Shown here piece after piece: positions 1 to 9,655 of a stretch of 45,245 nt of DNA. Numbering within the stretch: the first letter of the stretch is position 1; every line of letters starts with the position of its first letter. The translations under genes were made by a program, and so were the position numbers. A model generated the notes under the pieces. The model searched no databases. It was given only the letters and a program-made list of their open reading frames with translations, and had not been told where the DNA came from. Source of the stretch: an uncultured bacterium (lineage in GTDB: Bacteria; Bacteroidota; Bacteroidia; NS11-12g; UBA9320); assembly GCA_963933305.1 (NCBI GenBank), contig CAWVTM010000002.1:1-45245 (forward strand). The letters are read 5' to 3'.

Positions 1-81
1 AATAACAACACTGTTTTTAAAAATTAATATGTTGAAGGTAAGCAATATAAGGTGCCATTATCTTTTTTCAGTAGACCCTAC

Positions 82-1119
82 TTAATCCAAGGCTACACGC
101 TTTACTTTACCCGTATCAGTATATGTTATCTGATCTACGAAGATTATCTCCTTTGGATTATGGTAGAGCGGCAAGTCACGTTTGAGCAGTTCGAGTACGT
201 ATGCTTTATCTGCTATGGGAGGACCCTCTAGGACCAGCACAGCTTTTTCGCCGAGCTCATTGTTCTTTTTTTTAGTGACATAGAAAGCTCTGTTTATGCT
301 GGCTGATTCTAAGACCTTCTTGATTTGCGGTTCTATCAATGCAGGATGTATTTTTATTCCTCCACTATTAATTACATCATCAGATCTACCTAGTATTTGA
401 AAACTATCATCGTGTAGTATAGCTATATCATTGGTTTTGATAAAAAAGTCTAATTCAGGGATGGCAACGCAGAGCTGCTCATCATCCAGTGTTACTTGTA
501 CGCCTGTTTGTGTTTGGAAGTAGTTATCTACTCCTACTTTTCGCAGTGCTATATGGCTAGCCGTCTCGGTCATTCCGTAGGTCTCCCAAAAATTGATGTT
601 TTTAGCTGTACTAAGTTCAGAGATTTTCTTTTCCTGTGAAGAGCTTAAGGCTGCCCCGCCTATGAGTATGTTTTTAAAACAAGAGAGATGCTCTGGGTTA
701 TGATCTAGAATAGCTTGTATCTGAGAAGGAGTAAGTGAGGTCAGACTAAAGTGGCTGGGAAAACGTATGATATCTTTTAAAGGATTGCCCGTGGGATTAA
801 TAAAGTGGATATTCCACCCAAAATGGAGTGAGCGAATAAGTTGCATAAAACCACCCGTTTTTTGTACAGGCAAGCAGCAGAGCACAGATTCGTCAGAGCT
901 TAAGTTTAGAGCTGCTTTGGTACTTTCTACACTCCATATTAAAAGTGCTCGCGGGAGTCTTATTTTTTTGGGTGTGCCGGTGCTACCAGAAGTGAAAAGT
1001 GTAAAATTGTCATCTCCCTTGACCCAGGAATCGATCATACTTTCTACGAAGCTCTTGTCCTTAAAATCGGAAGAATATGTTACGTTGATGGCTGTCAAAT
1101 TCTGGCTATTTTCTGTCAA
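82..1119 (-). CDS. menE: AMP-dependent synthetase/ligase, short O-succinylbenzoate-CoA ligase-like form
   Basis: 345-aa ORF with adenylate-forming motifs TSGSTGTPKK, ETYGMTE and GRSDDVINSGGIK, plus a C-terminal GKVKR lysine. The compact ~350-aa size is typical of Bacteroidota MenE. Substrate cannot be proven from sequence. Confidence 0.6.
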   Translation of the reverse strand: MTENSQNLTAINVTYSSDFKDKSFVESMIDSWVKGDDNFTLFTSGSTGTPKKIRLPRALLIWSVESTKAALNLSSDESVLCCLPVQKTGGFMQLIRSLHFGWNIHFINPTGNPLKDIIRFPSHFSLTSLTPSQIQAILDHNPEHLSCFKNILIGGAALSSSQEKKISELSTAKNINFWETYGMTETASHIALRKVGVDNYFQTQTGVQVTLDDEQLCVAIPELDFFIKTNDIAILHDDSFQILGRSDDVINSGGIKIHPALIEPQIKKVLESASINRAFYVTKKKNNELGEKAVLVLEGPPIADKAYVLELLKRDLPLYHNPKEIIFVDQITYTDTGKVKRVALD

Positions 1120-1234
1120 AAGTATTTATCTTTCTACAAGGAAGATCTACTAAGCAGTATTATTTCTGTTAACACTGCTTGCAAAGCCTATAAATCCTTA
1201 AATTCGCCCTTTATTTTTATTTAAAAGACAAACA

Positions 1235-3211
1235 ATGACAAAAGCTATAAATTTAATTTGCGTTTTTACTCTATTAATCTACAGTATATCTGCTACGGCT
1301 CAGTCGGGTCAGCTAGCTGTAGCTGCTAAAGCACCTGCAGTAGATGAGAAGTTTCCGATCTTTAGTTTCGGTGATGAGATGGTATATAATAATGAGTTTA
1401 TGCGGGTGTTTAATAAAAACAAGCGAGACACCACTGAGCCTACCAAGCAAGAGATAAATGAATACTTAGAATTATACGTTAAGTTTAAGCTAAAAGTGAA
1501 AGAAGCGTATTCTCTAAGGATGGATACTGTACCTTCATTTATAAATGAGCTTGCGGGATATCGTACCCAGCTCGCACAGCCGTATCTCACAGATAAGACG
1601 GTAACTGAAAATCTCATAAAAGAGGCGTATGATAGAAGCCAGCAAGAGGTGAAAGCAAGTCATTTGCTCATTAACTGTGCTTTAGATGCTAAGCCTAGTG
1701 ATTCGCTGGCGGCATATCAGAAGATAGCTGGACTAAGAAATAGAATAGTGAAAGGCGAGGCGTTTAATACAGTGGCTAGTCAGTACTCCGAGGATCCGTC
1801 AGCTAAGACGAATGAGGGAAACCTAGGATATTTTTCTGCATTTCAAATGATATATTCTTTTGAGAATGCGGCTTTTAGTACTCCTGTAGGAGAAGTTAGT
1901 ATGCCTATACGTACTCAGTTTGGGTATCATTTAGTGTTTGTAGCAGATCGTAGAAAAGCATTAGCTGATATTAAGGTTGGGCATATTATGATAAAGTATT
2001 ATAATCCTACTCAGATAGATAGTACTAAGCAGCGAATAGATGCAGTATATGCTAAACTGAAAGCAGGAGCAGATTGGGGGACTACCGTGGAGGAGTTTTC
2101 AGAAGACTTTAATACCAATAGTAAGGATGGAGAGCTTAGCTGGTTCAATAGAACTACAGCTAATATTCCTGTAGAATTTAAGGATATAGCCTATACGTTG
2201 GAAAATGATGGTGACTTTAGTGAGGCGATTAAAACTAACTTTGGATGGCATATTATCAAAAGATTTGAAATAAAACCAACACAGACGTACGAGGACGAGA
2301 AAGAGTATCTCCGCAGAAAAGTAGAAAGAGATAGCCGCAGCGAGATGAATAAAGATGTAGTAGTAAAAAGAATTAAAGTTGAAAATAAGTATACTGAGAT
2401 TTTAGGGTTAGACGCTGTCAAAGATTCATTTGACCAAAAGTTGATTAATGGAGCATATATCAAAGGATCAGGTGCGGGTAAGGTGCTTTTTAAAATAGGA
2501 GATAAGTCGTATACTGACGCGATGTTTATGGCTTACGTAGCTACTAACCAGACGAGAACGAATAAATCCTTAGAAAATGTATTGAGTGATATGTACGTAA
2601 ACTTTGTAAAGAAGTCTAATCTAGCGTATGAAGAATCTATCTTGGAGACTAAGTATGATGATTTTAAATATATCATGCAAGAGTACAAGGATGGTATTCT
2701 TCTTTTTGAACTTACAGATAAGGAGGTCTGGAGTAAAGCAGTAAAGGATACTGCTGGTCTAGAGGCGTTTTACCTAGCGAATAAAGAAGAGTACATGTGG
2801 AAGGATAGATTAGACGCTACTATATTCAGTTGTAAGAATGCTAAAATAGCTAAGAAGGCTAGTAAGCAAGCTAAAAAGGGCAAGACTACGAATGAGATTC
2901 TAGAAAAATGTAATGCTGATGATCCTCTAGCTGTGAAGGTAGAGACTAAGAAGTTTGAAAAAGGGAGTAATGAGTTACTGGATAAAATCTCTTGGAGTAA
3001 GGGTGTGTATGCGTTAGGAAATGAAAATGATAGAGTCAAATTTGTACGTGTAAATGATTTGATAGCTTCATCAGCTAAAGCACTTGAGAATAATATGGGG
3101 CAAGCTACTTCAGACTATCAAAATTTCTTAGAGACTGAGTGGATAGACAAATTGACACTTAAATATCCAGTGCAGTCGTATGAAATGAATGTACAAAGAC
3201 TTCACAGATAG
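1235..3211 (+). CDS. periplasmic peptidyl-prolyl cis-trans isomerase, parvulin (PpiC/SurA-like) type
   Basis: 658-aa ORF with signal peptide (LLIYSISATAQ). Parvulin signatures: SHLLI...GNLGYFSAFQMIYSFENAAF...FGYHLV, and a second degenerate copy (GELSWF...FGWHIIK). Confidence 0.8.
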   Translation: MTKAINLICVFTLLIYSISATAQSGQLAVAAKAPAVDEKFPIFSFGDEMVYNNEFMRVFNKNKRDTTEPTKQEINEYLELYVKFKLKVKEAYSLRMDTVPSFINELAGYRTQLAQPYLTDKTVTENLIKEAYDRSQQEVKASHLLINCALDAKPSDSLAAYQKIAGLRNRIVKGEAFNTVASQYSEDPSAKTNEGNLGYFSAFQMIYSFENAAFSTPVGEVSMPIRTQFGYHLVFVADRRKALADIKVGHIMIKYYNPTQIDSTKQRIDAVYAKLKAGADWGTTVEEFSEDFNTNSKDGELSWFNRTTANIPVEFKDIAYTLENDGDFSEAIKTNFGWHIIKRFEIKPTQTYEDEKEYLRRKVERDSRSEMNKDVVVKRIKVENKYTEILGLDAVKDSFDQKLINGAYIKGSGAGKVLFKIGDKSYTDAMFMAYVATNQTRTNKSLENVLSDMYVNFVKKSNLAYEESILETKYDDFKYIMQEYKDGILLFELTDKEVWSKAVKDTAGLEAFYLANKEEYMWKDRLDATIFSCKNAKIAKKASKQAKKGKTTNEILEKCNADDPLAVKVETKKFEKGSNELLDKISWSKGVYALGNENDRVKFVRVNDLIASSAKALENNMGQATSDYQNFLETEWIDKLTLKYPVQSYEMNVQRLHR

Positions 3212-3217
3212 TCAATA

Positions 3218-4048
3218 TTGAAAAAAACACTCATACTAGGAGTTAGCATTATATTATGTGCCTGCAGTCCTGAGCCTAAGGGTGATGATGTAGTAGCAGA
3301 AGCTTTTGGCAATAAGCTATACGCTACTGAAATTTCGAAAGTAATAGGAGACGATCTCACGTATGAAGATAGTGTGTTTATTACCAAAGAGTATATCAAC
3401 GTATGGCTGAGTAAGCGAGTGCTTCTAAATAAGGCAGACGAAGTACTCACAGATGCAGAGAAGGATAAGTCTAAAGCTCTGGAGCAGTATAGATTAGATC
3501 TGCTGACTTATGAGGTTCTTAATAAGCTTGCAAATCAAGAATTAGATACGAGTATAGATGAGGCGGAGTTACACGAGTATTATGATAATAATGTAGATGA
3601 GTTCGAATTGTCTCAAAATATCTTGAAAATTGTCTTCTATAAAATACCGAAAAGTACTGAAGATGCAGATATGCTGTGGTCCAGTTTTAAGGCGGGAGAT
3701 GGCTCTATTCTAGGTGCACTTAAAGTACTGGCAAAAGAGAACGGAAATTATTATGATGATCAGAGTTGGGTCTATTTTGATGATATCCTAAAAGAGATAC
3801 CTATCAATACGTATAACCAAGAGCATTACTTAAATAATAATAAGTATATAAAGCTAGATGACGCTGATATGGTTTATTTCATAAAAATTCTAGATTTTAA
3901 AATAAGAAGCACTACCTCTCCGTTTTCTATGGAGAGTGGAAACATAAGAGATATCTTAATAATGAAGCGACAGCAAAAATTAGTGCGTTCCATTGAAACA
4001 AAACTGCTAGACGAGGCGTATAGCAAGAAACAAATAAAAACATTTTGA
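3218..4048 (+). CDS. lipoprotein of unknown function in the PPIase/chaperone operon (possibly SurA-N-like chaperone)
   Basis: 276-aa ORF using a TTG start. The N-terminus MKKTLILGVSIILCAC is a lipoprotein signal with lipobox Cys. The first internal Met is about 150 aa downstream, so the TTG start is required. It sits 6 nt after the upstream stop. Confidence 0.6.
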   Translation: MKKTLILGVSIILCACSPEPKGDDVVAEAFGNKLYATEISKVIGDDLTYEDSVFITKEYINVWLSKRVLLNKADEVLTDAEKDKSKALEQYRLDLLTYEVLNKLANQELDTSIDEAELHEYYDNNVDEFELSQNILKIVFYKIPKSTEDADMLWSSFKAGDGSILGALKVLAKENGNYYDDQSWVYFDDILKEIPINTYNQEHYLNNNKYIKLDDADMVYFIKILDFKIRSTTSPFSMESGNIRDILIMKRQQKLVRSIETKLLDEAYSKKQIKTF

Positions 4049-5391
4049 AAAATATAATAACGATTATCTTCCTACTGACGTTTACTTCCGCTTGGTCCCA
4101 AAACGTGCGTGTGATTGACGAGATAGTAGCGGTGATAGGGGAAAATATCGTCATGCGATCTGAGCTGGAAGCAGAATATGCGCAAGCTAAAAAGGAAATG
4201 TCTTACTATGAAGGCGACTTGAAGTGCGAGATACTTAACCAGCTTATCATCCAGAAACTATATCTGCATAAAGGTGATGTGGATAGTGTATACGCTACAG
4301 AAGATAGGGTAGAAGCAGAGGTAGATAGAAGGATAAAATACTATGCTACTCAGATAGGCGGAGAAGCTAGACTAGAGGAGTATTTGGGTAAGAGTGTATC
4401 TGAATATAAGGATCAAATGCGTCCTAAAATAGGGCAGCAGATGGTTACACAGCAGGTAAAGCAGAGTTTAATAAGTAGTATAAAAGCTAGTCCTACAGAC
4501 GTACGCAAGTTTTTCAATGATATACCAATAGATAGCCTTCCTAAATTTGGGATAGAGGTAGAGCTTGGTCTAATAGCTATGAAGCCTACGTCTAGTAATT
4601 ATGCTAAAGAATATGCATTAGAGAAAATCACTAAAATTCGCAAAGACATCTTTAGTGGTGTTTATAGTTTTGATTTTGCAGCTAAGAGTAGTAGTGATGA
4701 TAAGGGTACGTCTATTAATGGGGGCGATTTAGGTTATTTCTCACGTGGTCAGATGGTAGGAGCTTTTGAGCGAGCAGCTTTTAAGCTAGATCAAGACTCT
4801 ATATCCGAAGTAATAGAAACAGAATATGGATATCACATCATCCAACTGCTAGATAGAAAAGGAGATAAAGTAAATGCACGTCATATACTTATAAAGCCAC
4901 TGATAGTAAATAGTGACTTGGTAAGATTGAAAGGTGAGTTGACGGTACTCCAAGAAGCATTAAAAAAAGATAGTCTTACTATGTGTCAGGTAGCGGGTAA
5001 GTATAGTATAGATGCTTTCACAAAAGACAACTGTGGGTTTTATGCAGATCAGACTACTGGCTCACAGCAAGTGCCAGTAGCGGCACTAGAGCCTTTAATC
5101 GCTGCTAAAGTAGAAGTGCTTAAGGTAGGGGAATATTCTTGGCCAGAACAGTTTGAAGATGCAGACGGTACGATAGGGTATAGGTTTTTTTACTTAAGAA
5201 AAATAGTGCCAGCACATACTGCTAATCTAAAAGATGACTACCAAAAAGTGCAGTCACTTGCCTTAGAAAAGAAGCAAGAAGATTCGGTAAAGGAATGGAC
5301 GAATACTTATAAAAAGGGAGTGTATGTTTGGATTGACCCCTTATTTGTAAATTGTACAGAATTAGAAGGATGGAAAGGTTTAAGTAACTAG
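4045..5391 (+). CDS. SurA-like periplasmic chaperone / parvulin PPIase
   Basis: 448-aa ORF. The TTG start overlaps the upstream TGA (TTTGA). Signal peptide MKNIITIIFLLTFTSAWSQ. Parvulin motif GGDLGYFSRGQMVGAFERAAF...YGYHIIQL...ARHILI. Confidence 0.8.
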   Translation: MKNIITIIFLLTFTSAWSQNVRVIDEIVAVIGENIVMRSELEAEYAQAKKEMSYYEGDLKCEILNQLIIQKLYLHKGDVDSVYATEDRVEAEVDRRIKYYATQIGGEARLEEYLGKSVSEYKDQMRPKIGQQMVTQQVKQSLISSIKASPTDVRKFFNDIPIDSLPKFGIEVELGLIAMKPTSSNYAKEYALEKITKIRKDIFSGVYSFDFAAKSSSDDKGTSINGGDLGYFSRGQMVGAFERAAFKLDQDSISEVIETEYGYHIIQLLDRKGDKVNARHILIKPLIVNSDLVRLKGELTVLQEALKKDSLTMCQVAGKYSIDAFTKDNCGFYADQTTGSQQVPVAALEPLIAAKVEVLKVGEYSWPEQFEDADGTIGYRFFYLRKIVPAHTANLKDDYQKVQSLALEKKQEDSVKEWTNTYKKGVYVWIDPLFVNCTELEGWKGLSN

Positions 5392-5395
5392 GAGT

Positions 5396-6361
5396 ATGGC
5401 AAATTTCAGCAACGATAAGGAAGCAGCAGATGCTTTAGTGCTCAAGGTAAAAGAGCTAAAAAAAGAAATAGGTAAGGTCATTATTGGCCAAGAAGAGGTG
5501 ATAAATGGCGTTATCACCAGTATCATTAGTAATGGTCACGCACTGCTTATAGGTGTGCCAGGTCTGGCTAAGACATTACTTATCAAAACCATAAGCGAAG
5601 CTCTAGATATGAGTTTCAATAGAGTACAGTTTACTCCAGATTTAATGCCTAGTGATATTCTTGGTTCTGAGATATTGGACGAGACTAGAAGTCTTAAATT
5701 CAATAAGGGACCTGTGTTTGCTAACATAGTGCTCGCTGACGAGATAAATAGAACTCCACCAAAGACTCAAGCAGCACTCCTAGAGGCTATGCAGGAGAAG
5801 AGTGTAACTATCTCTGGGACTAATTATCCCCTGCCTAAGCCATTCTTTGTGCTCGCTACGCAAAATCCCATAGAGCAAGAAGGTACTTATCCTTTACCAG
5901 AGGCCCAGTTAGATAGGTTTATGTTTAACATGGTACTGGATTATCCGTCAGCCGAAGAGGAAATAAATATAGTGAAAGCTACTACGTCATCTTCATCTGC
6001 TACTGTGAGTAATATAGTAAGCGGTGAAGAGATTATAGCATTCCAAGAGTTAGTGAAGAGAGTACCCGTAGCTGATAATGTATATGAATACGCAGTGTCT
6101 CTAGTAAGACGCACTAGAGCAGGTAGAGATCAAGCTACCGATAAGATAAATGAGTATGTAGAATATGGTGCAGGACCTAGAGCTTCTCAGTATCTCATTA
6201 TAGGAGCTAAGGCTCACGCACTTATTTCTGGCAAGTATTCGCCAGATATAGAAGATGTGCAGGCAGTAGCTAAGATGGTGCTTAGACATAGAATGGTGCG
6301 TAATTATAAAGCTGAAGCCGAAGGCATTTCTGCGGACAGTATCATCGAGGGTATATTTTAA
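5396..6361 (+). CDS. MoxR-family AAA+ ATPase
   Basis: 321-aa ORF with Walker A GVPGLAKT and Walker B VLADEINR. Also has the MoxR-typical LLEAMQE...ATQNPIEQEGTYPLPEAQLDRF segment. Confidence 0.9.
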   Translation: MANFSNDKEAADALVLKVKELKKEIGKVIIGQEEVINGVITSIISNGHALLIGVPGLAKTLLIKTISEALDMSFNRVQFTPDLMPSDILGSEILDETRSLKFNKGPVFANIVLADEINRTPPKTQAALLEAMQEKSVTISGTNYPLPKPFFVLATQNPIEQEGTYPLPEAQLDRFMFNMVLDYPSAEEEINIVKATTSSSSATVSNIVSGEEIIAFQELVKRVPVADNVYEYAVSLVRRTRAGRDQATDKINEYVEYGAGPRASQYLIIGAKAHALISGKYSPDIEDVQAVAKMVLRHRMVRNYKAEAEGISADSIIEGIF

Positions 6362-6365
6362 TCCA

Positions 6366-7724
6366 TTGATATACACTGTAGTAGACATAGAGACCACAGG
6401 GGGGTCTCATGGCAATAGAATCACCGAAATAGCAGCAGTAAAGACAGATGGTAAGCAGGTATTAGACAGCTACGAGACACTAATTAATCCAGAAGTTTTT
6501 ATTCCTAAGTCCATCACACTGCTCACAGGTATTACAAATACGATGGTGCAGGATGCTCCTAGATTTGAAGACATAGCAAGTAAGTTTTTTGCTTTTCTTG
6601 GAGATACTACATTCATAGCCCATAATGTGAGTTTTGATTACGGGATTATCAAGAATCACTTCGAAGATTTAGCAATGACCTTTAACATGAAGAAGCTCTG
6701 TACGGTGAGACTTTCTAGAGGTATTATACCGGGTTATCCATCTTATTCATTAGGGAAAATATGTCCGCAGTTAGGCATAGAAAATCACAGCAGACACCGT
6801 GCTATGGGAGATACTATGGCTACAGTAGAGCTTTTTCATTTACTGCTGACTAAGGATAAGGATGATTTCGTATTTTATTCGCTAAATCAGCTCAATAAAG
6901 AAGCTATGCTCCCGCCTAACTTAGAGAAGGCAGAGTTTGAGAACTTGCCTAATACTGCTGGAGTATACTACTTGCTCGGGGAGAAGATGGAGATATTATA
7001 TGTAGGTAAATCTAAGGATATAAAGAAACGTATAATAACGCACTTTACAGAAAAGAGTAGGAAGAAAAGTGAGCTGCTTCGCAAGATTTATCATGTAAGC
7101 TATGTAGAGACAGGCAATGAACTAATAGCACTGCTACTAGAGAGTGATGAGATAAAAAAACATTATCCACTATATAATAAAGCACAAAAAAATAAGAGCA
7201 ATGACTACCACGTATGCTTTTATGAAGCTCAAGACGGGGTACTTCGTGTAGACGTTTTTTTAAAGAAATTTGCCAAGAATAGTATACAGAGTTTTAGCAG
7301 TGTCACTATGGCTAAGGATCATCTTTACCAGCTTGTAGAGAAGAATAAGCTATGTCCGAAATACACAGGCCTAGAACGGACCAAAGGTAGCTGCTACTTA
7401 GGCAGTGGCTGTGCTATATGCTCAGGTAGTGAAAGTGCTGAGGAGTACAATAAGCGTGTGATGCAGGCTACCGAAAATGAAGCTAAGCAGCAGAATCTAT
7501 GGATCGTAGGTCCAGGGCGTACGAGAGAGGAATTTGGTATAGTAAGTATACAGGAGGGAGACTATGTTGGATTTGGGTATATAGAGACGGTATCTGTATC
7601 TAATCAGGATGAGCTACAAGACGCTATAAAGCCTTATAAGAATAATAATGATATCAAAAGAATACTGAATGGGTTTATGAATAATCCAATACCAAAGATG
7701 TATAAGCTCCTCGAGCAGCAATAA
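6366..7724 (+). CDS. DnaQ-like 3'-5' exonuclease fused to a GIY-YIG (UvrC/Cho-like) nuclease domain
   Basis: 452-aa ORF with TTG start. Exo I motif VVDIETTG at residues 5-12, Exo II HNVSFD, Exo III HRAMGD. Followed by GIY-YIG (GVYYLLGE...ILYVGKSKDIKKR) and a Cx12Cx5Cx2C segment. Confidence 0.8.
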   Translation: MIYTVVDIETTGGSHGNRITEIAAVKTDGKQVLDSYETLINPEVFIPKSITLLTGITNTMVQDAPRFEDIASKFFAFLGDTTFIAHNVSFDYGIIKNHFEDLAMTFNMKKLCTVRLSRGIIPGYPSYSLGKICPQLGIENHSRHRAMGDTMATVELFHLLLTKDKDDFVFYSLNQLNKEAMLPPNLEKAEFENLPNTAGVYYLLGEKMEILYVGKSKDIKKRIITHFTEKSRKKSELLRKIYHVSYVETGNELIALLLESDEIKKHYPLYNKAQKNKSNDYHVCFYEAQDGVLRVDVFLKKFAKNSIQSFSSVTMAKDHLYQLVEKNKLCPKYTGLERTKGSCYLGSGCAICSGSESAEEYNKRVMQATENEAKQQNLWIVGPGRTREEFGIVSIQEGDYVGFGYIETVSVSNQDELQDAIKPYKNNNDIKRILNGFMNNPIPKMYKLLEQQ

Positions 7725-7837
7725 GTTCCTGCTTGGCTGACGCCTATTAAGCTATAAAGTGTCGCATACAAAGAGGTTGTTTGCTACGCAGTAATTAACG
7801 GTAACTACTGCGGTGCTTTGTTTTTTAATACTTCGTT

Positions 7838-8641
7838 CTATAATTTATTTGGTAGTAGATCCTCTTTTGTGAGTTTAAACTCATTGACCACTTCGCCACT
7901 AGGTCCTACATATAAGTACCTAACGTAAATTAGGTTTAATCCTTCCATAGTAGTGATTACTGTTCTGAAGTTTTTGGAGTGGACTATTTCATTCCTTAAC
8001 ATTTCTTTTGCCTCTTCGCCTTTTATGACGTGCACTAGATCCAAAGGTACCTTTACCGTATAGGTTAGCTCTTGTGGATGAATGACACTTACCTGCAGTA
8101 TTTTGATACCCGTACCTACGTCCTCGTAGGGCAAATTAGCATTCAATAGAGTTAGCATTTGTTTTGTGTCTTCAGATAAGTGGCTTAAGTCTCCTGCCTT
8201 AGAGTTGGTAGTTTGCTTTTCTTTAGACTTGGCTAGAAGTTCATTGAGTTTTTGCTCATCCACCCGCATTTTGCGTACAGTGCTATTGGTTTTATCTAAA
8301 AATGAGATATTAAAAGTAACTCCTTCTTGTATCATCTGCTGAGCAGCTGGAGTAGTGCTCAGTAGGTTCGCTATTAGGTCAGGGAGTAAATTCAGGTAGA
8401 GGTCTGTATCAGTGCTGTCTACCGCATTATTAGTGGTGAACTTTAGCCCTACGTCATCCTTGGATATGAAATAGGCAGAAGTGGACCCTACTATGGTATT
8501 ACTAAGTTTATCTGCACCGCGGTTATAGGATTCTACGAAGTCTTGTATACGGTCCTCAGGGCTTTTACAACTAGCAAAGCATAGCGAGGCTACTACTAAT
8601 AAAATGGCTAGAGACCGACTAGTTTGGGTAATGGATTGCAT
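7838..8641 (-). CDS. hypothetical lipoprotein
   Basis: 267-aa ORF with signal peptide and lipobox (LVVASLCFASC). I recognise no catalytic motif. Confidence 0.6.
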   Translation of the reverse strand: MQSITQTSRSLAILLVVASLCFASCKSPEDRIQDFVESYNRGADKLSNTIVGSTSAYFISKDDVGLKFTTNNAVDSTDTDLYLNLLPDLIANLLSTTPAAQQMIQEGVTFNISFLDKTNSTVRKMRVDEQKLNELLAKSKEKQTTNSKAGDLSHLSEDTKQMLTLLNANLPYEDVGTGIKILQVSVIHPQELTYTVKVPLDLVHVIKGEEAKEMLRNEIVHSKNFRTVITTMEGLNLIYVRYLYVGPSGEVVNEFKLTKEDLLPNKL

Positions 8642-8683
8642 TATTCAAAGCAACATAAAAATAAAGTGTATCACAAAGTTTAT

Positions 8684-9655
8684 TTACACCACCATCAAAC
8701 TACAGCCTCTGATATCCGCTTGGTCTAATCGTCCTTTTACTTCAAAAGTACCGTCCTGATATATGCTTCCTATGTCATCTGTAGCTATGAAGCTGCACGT
8801 ATGTAAATTAGCTAGGTCTATGATATTAAGAGCGGCGGACCTCCCTGTGTATTTATGAGTGAGTGGATCGGTATCCTCACGAGGCAGTACTTTCATCCAC
8901 GGTGGAGTGGTATATTTCATATGTTCATCACTATATGCTTGGCTAAGTAGCTCGGTCATGCCATATTCTGAACGGATAGTGGCACTAGGGAAACTTGCTC
9001 GTAGTTCAGCATAGACTTCGTCTTTGGTCATTTCTTTTTTTCTGCCTTTCATTCCACCGGTTTCTATGATAGTGATGGGTGTATCTATGGTATAATCTGC
9101 TGCGAAGTCTAAAAGAGCAAAACTTACTCCAAACAGTAATATCGGCTTGATAGATGCAGTTATTCTGTCATACAGATCCGCATGATTATAAAGATAAAAG
9201 GAGTCTTTTTGTCCATTGAGGTACATAAAGTAGGTAACCATCTCTACGAGTGACGAGTTACTGCGTTCTAAGTAGTTCGGCAATAGGCCTACTATCTCGT
9301 ACTGAGAGATATCCCCTACAGACTCAGTCATGATATGCAATGCATTAGTATGATAATCAGCCAGATGTTTTACGTAATGGTGTGAGATTCCTGTACCAGT
9401 GGTAGAGCTGCTTTCAAATGTGCGTTCACTCTTAAAGCTGCCAGTAATAATCTTATGTGTTTTGAACAATGAGATAGGCAAAAACGGAATTTGCGTAAAG
9501 TGCTCAATTCTTTCGGGCTGTTTATCAATTAATTGTAAATATTCAGCGTATACTAAGTTGTTTTTAGCTTGATATTGAAATATTTTCAAGGCAATAGCGT
9601 TAAAATTGCGGTCTGAGACAGACCAAATCGTTTCTATGCTAGGCAATCGCATCAT
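8684..9655 (-). CDS. LuxE/PaaK-like acyl-protein synthetase / adenylate-forming acyltransferase
   Basis: The track ORF is 371 aa. I prefer the ATG-ATG at 9650-9655 (MMRLPS...), because the upstream 48 codons overlap the divergent lipoprotein gene and look non-coding. Motifs: FESSSTTGTG (SSGTTG-type P-loop), YGMTE, and a near-C-terminal DIRGCSL cysteine as in LuxE. Confidence 0.65.
   Translation of the reverse strand: MMRLPSIETIWSVSDRNFNAIALKIFQYQAKNNLVYAEYLQLIDKQPERIEHFTQIPFLPISLFKTHKIITGSFKSERTFESSSTTGTGISHHYVKHLADYHTNALHIMTESVGDISQYEIVGLLPNYLERSNSSLVEMVTYFMYLNGQKDSFYLYNHADLYDRITASIKPILLFGVSFALLDFAADYTIDTPITIIETGGMKGRKKEMTKDEVYAELRASFPSATIRSEYGMTELLSQAYSDEHMKYTTPPWMKVLPREDTDPLTHKYTGRSAALNIIDLANLHTCSFIATDDIGSIYQDGTFEVKGRLDQADIRGCSLMVV

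Noticed and set aside
767-1153. 128-aa plus-strand ORF antisense to menE
   Set aside because: It is contained in the ligase CDS and has no supporting features.
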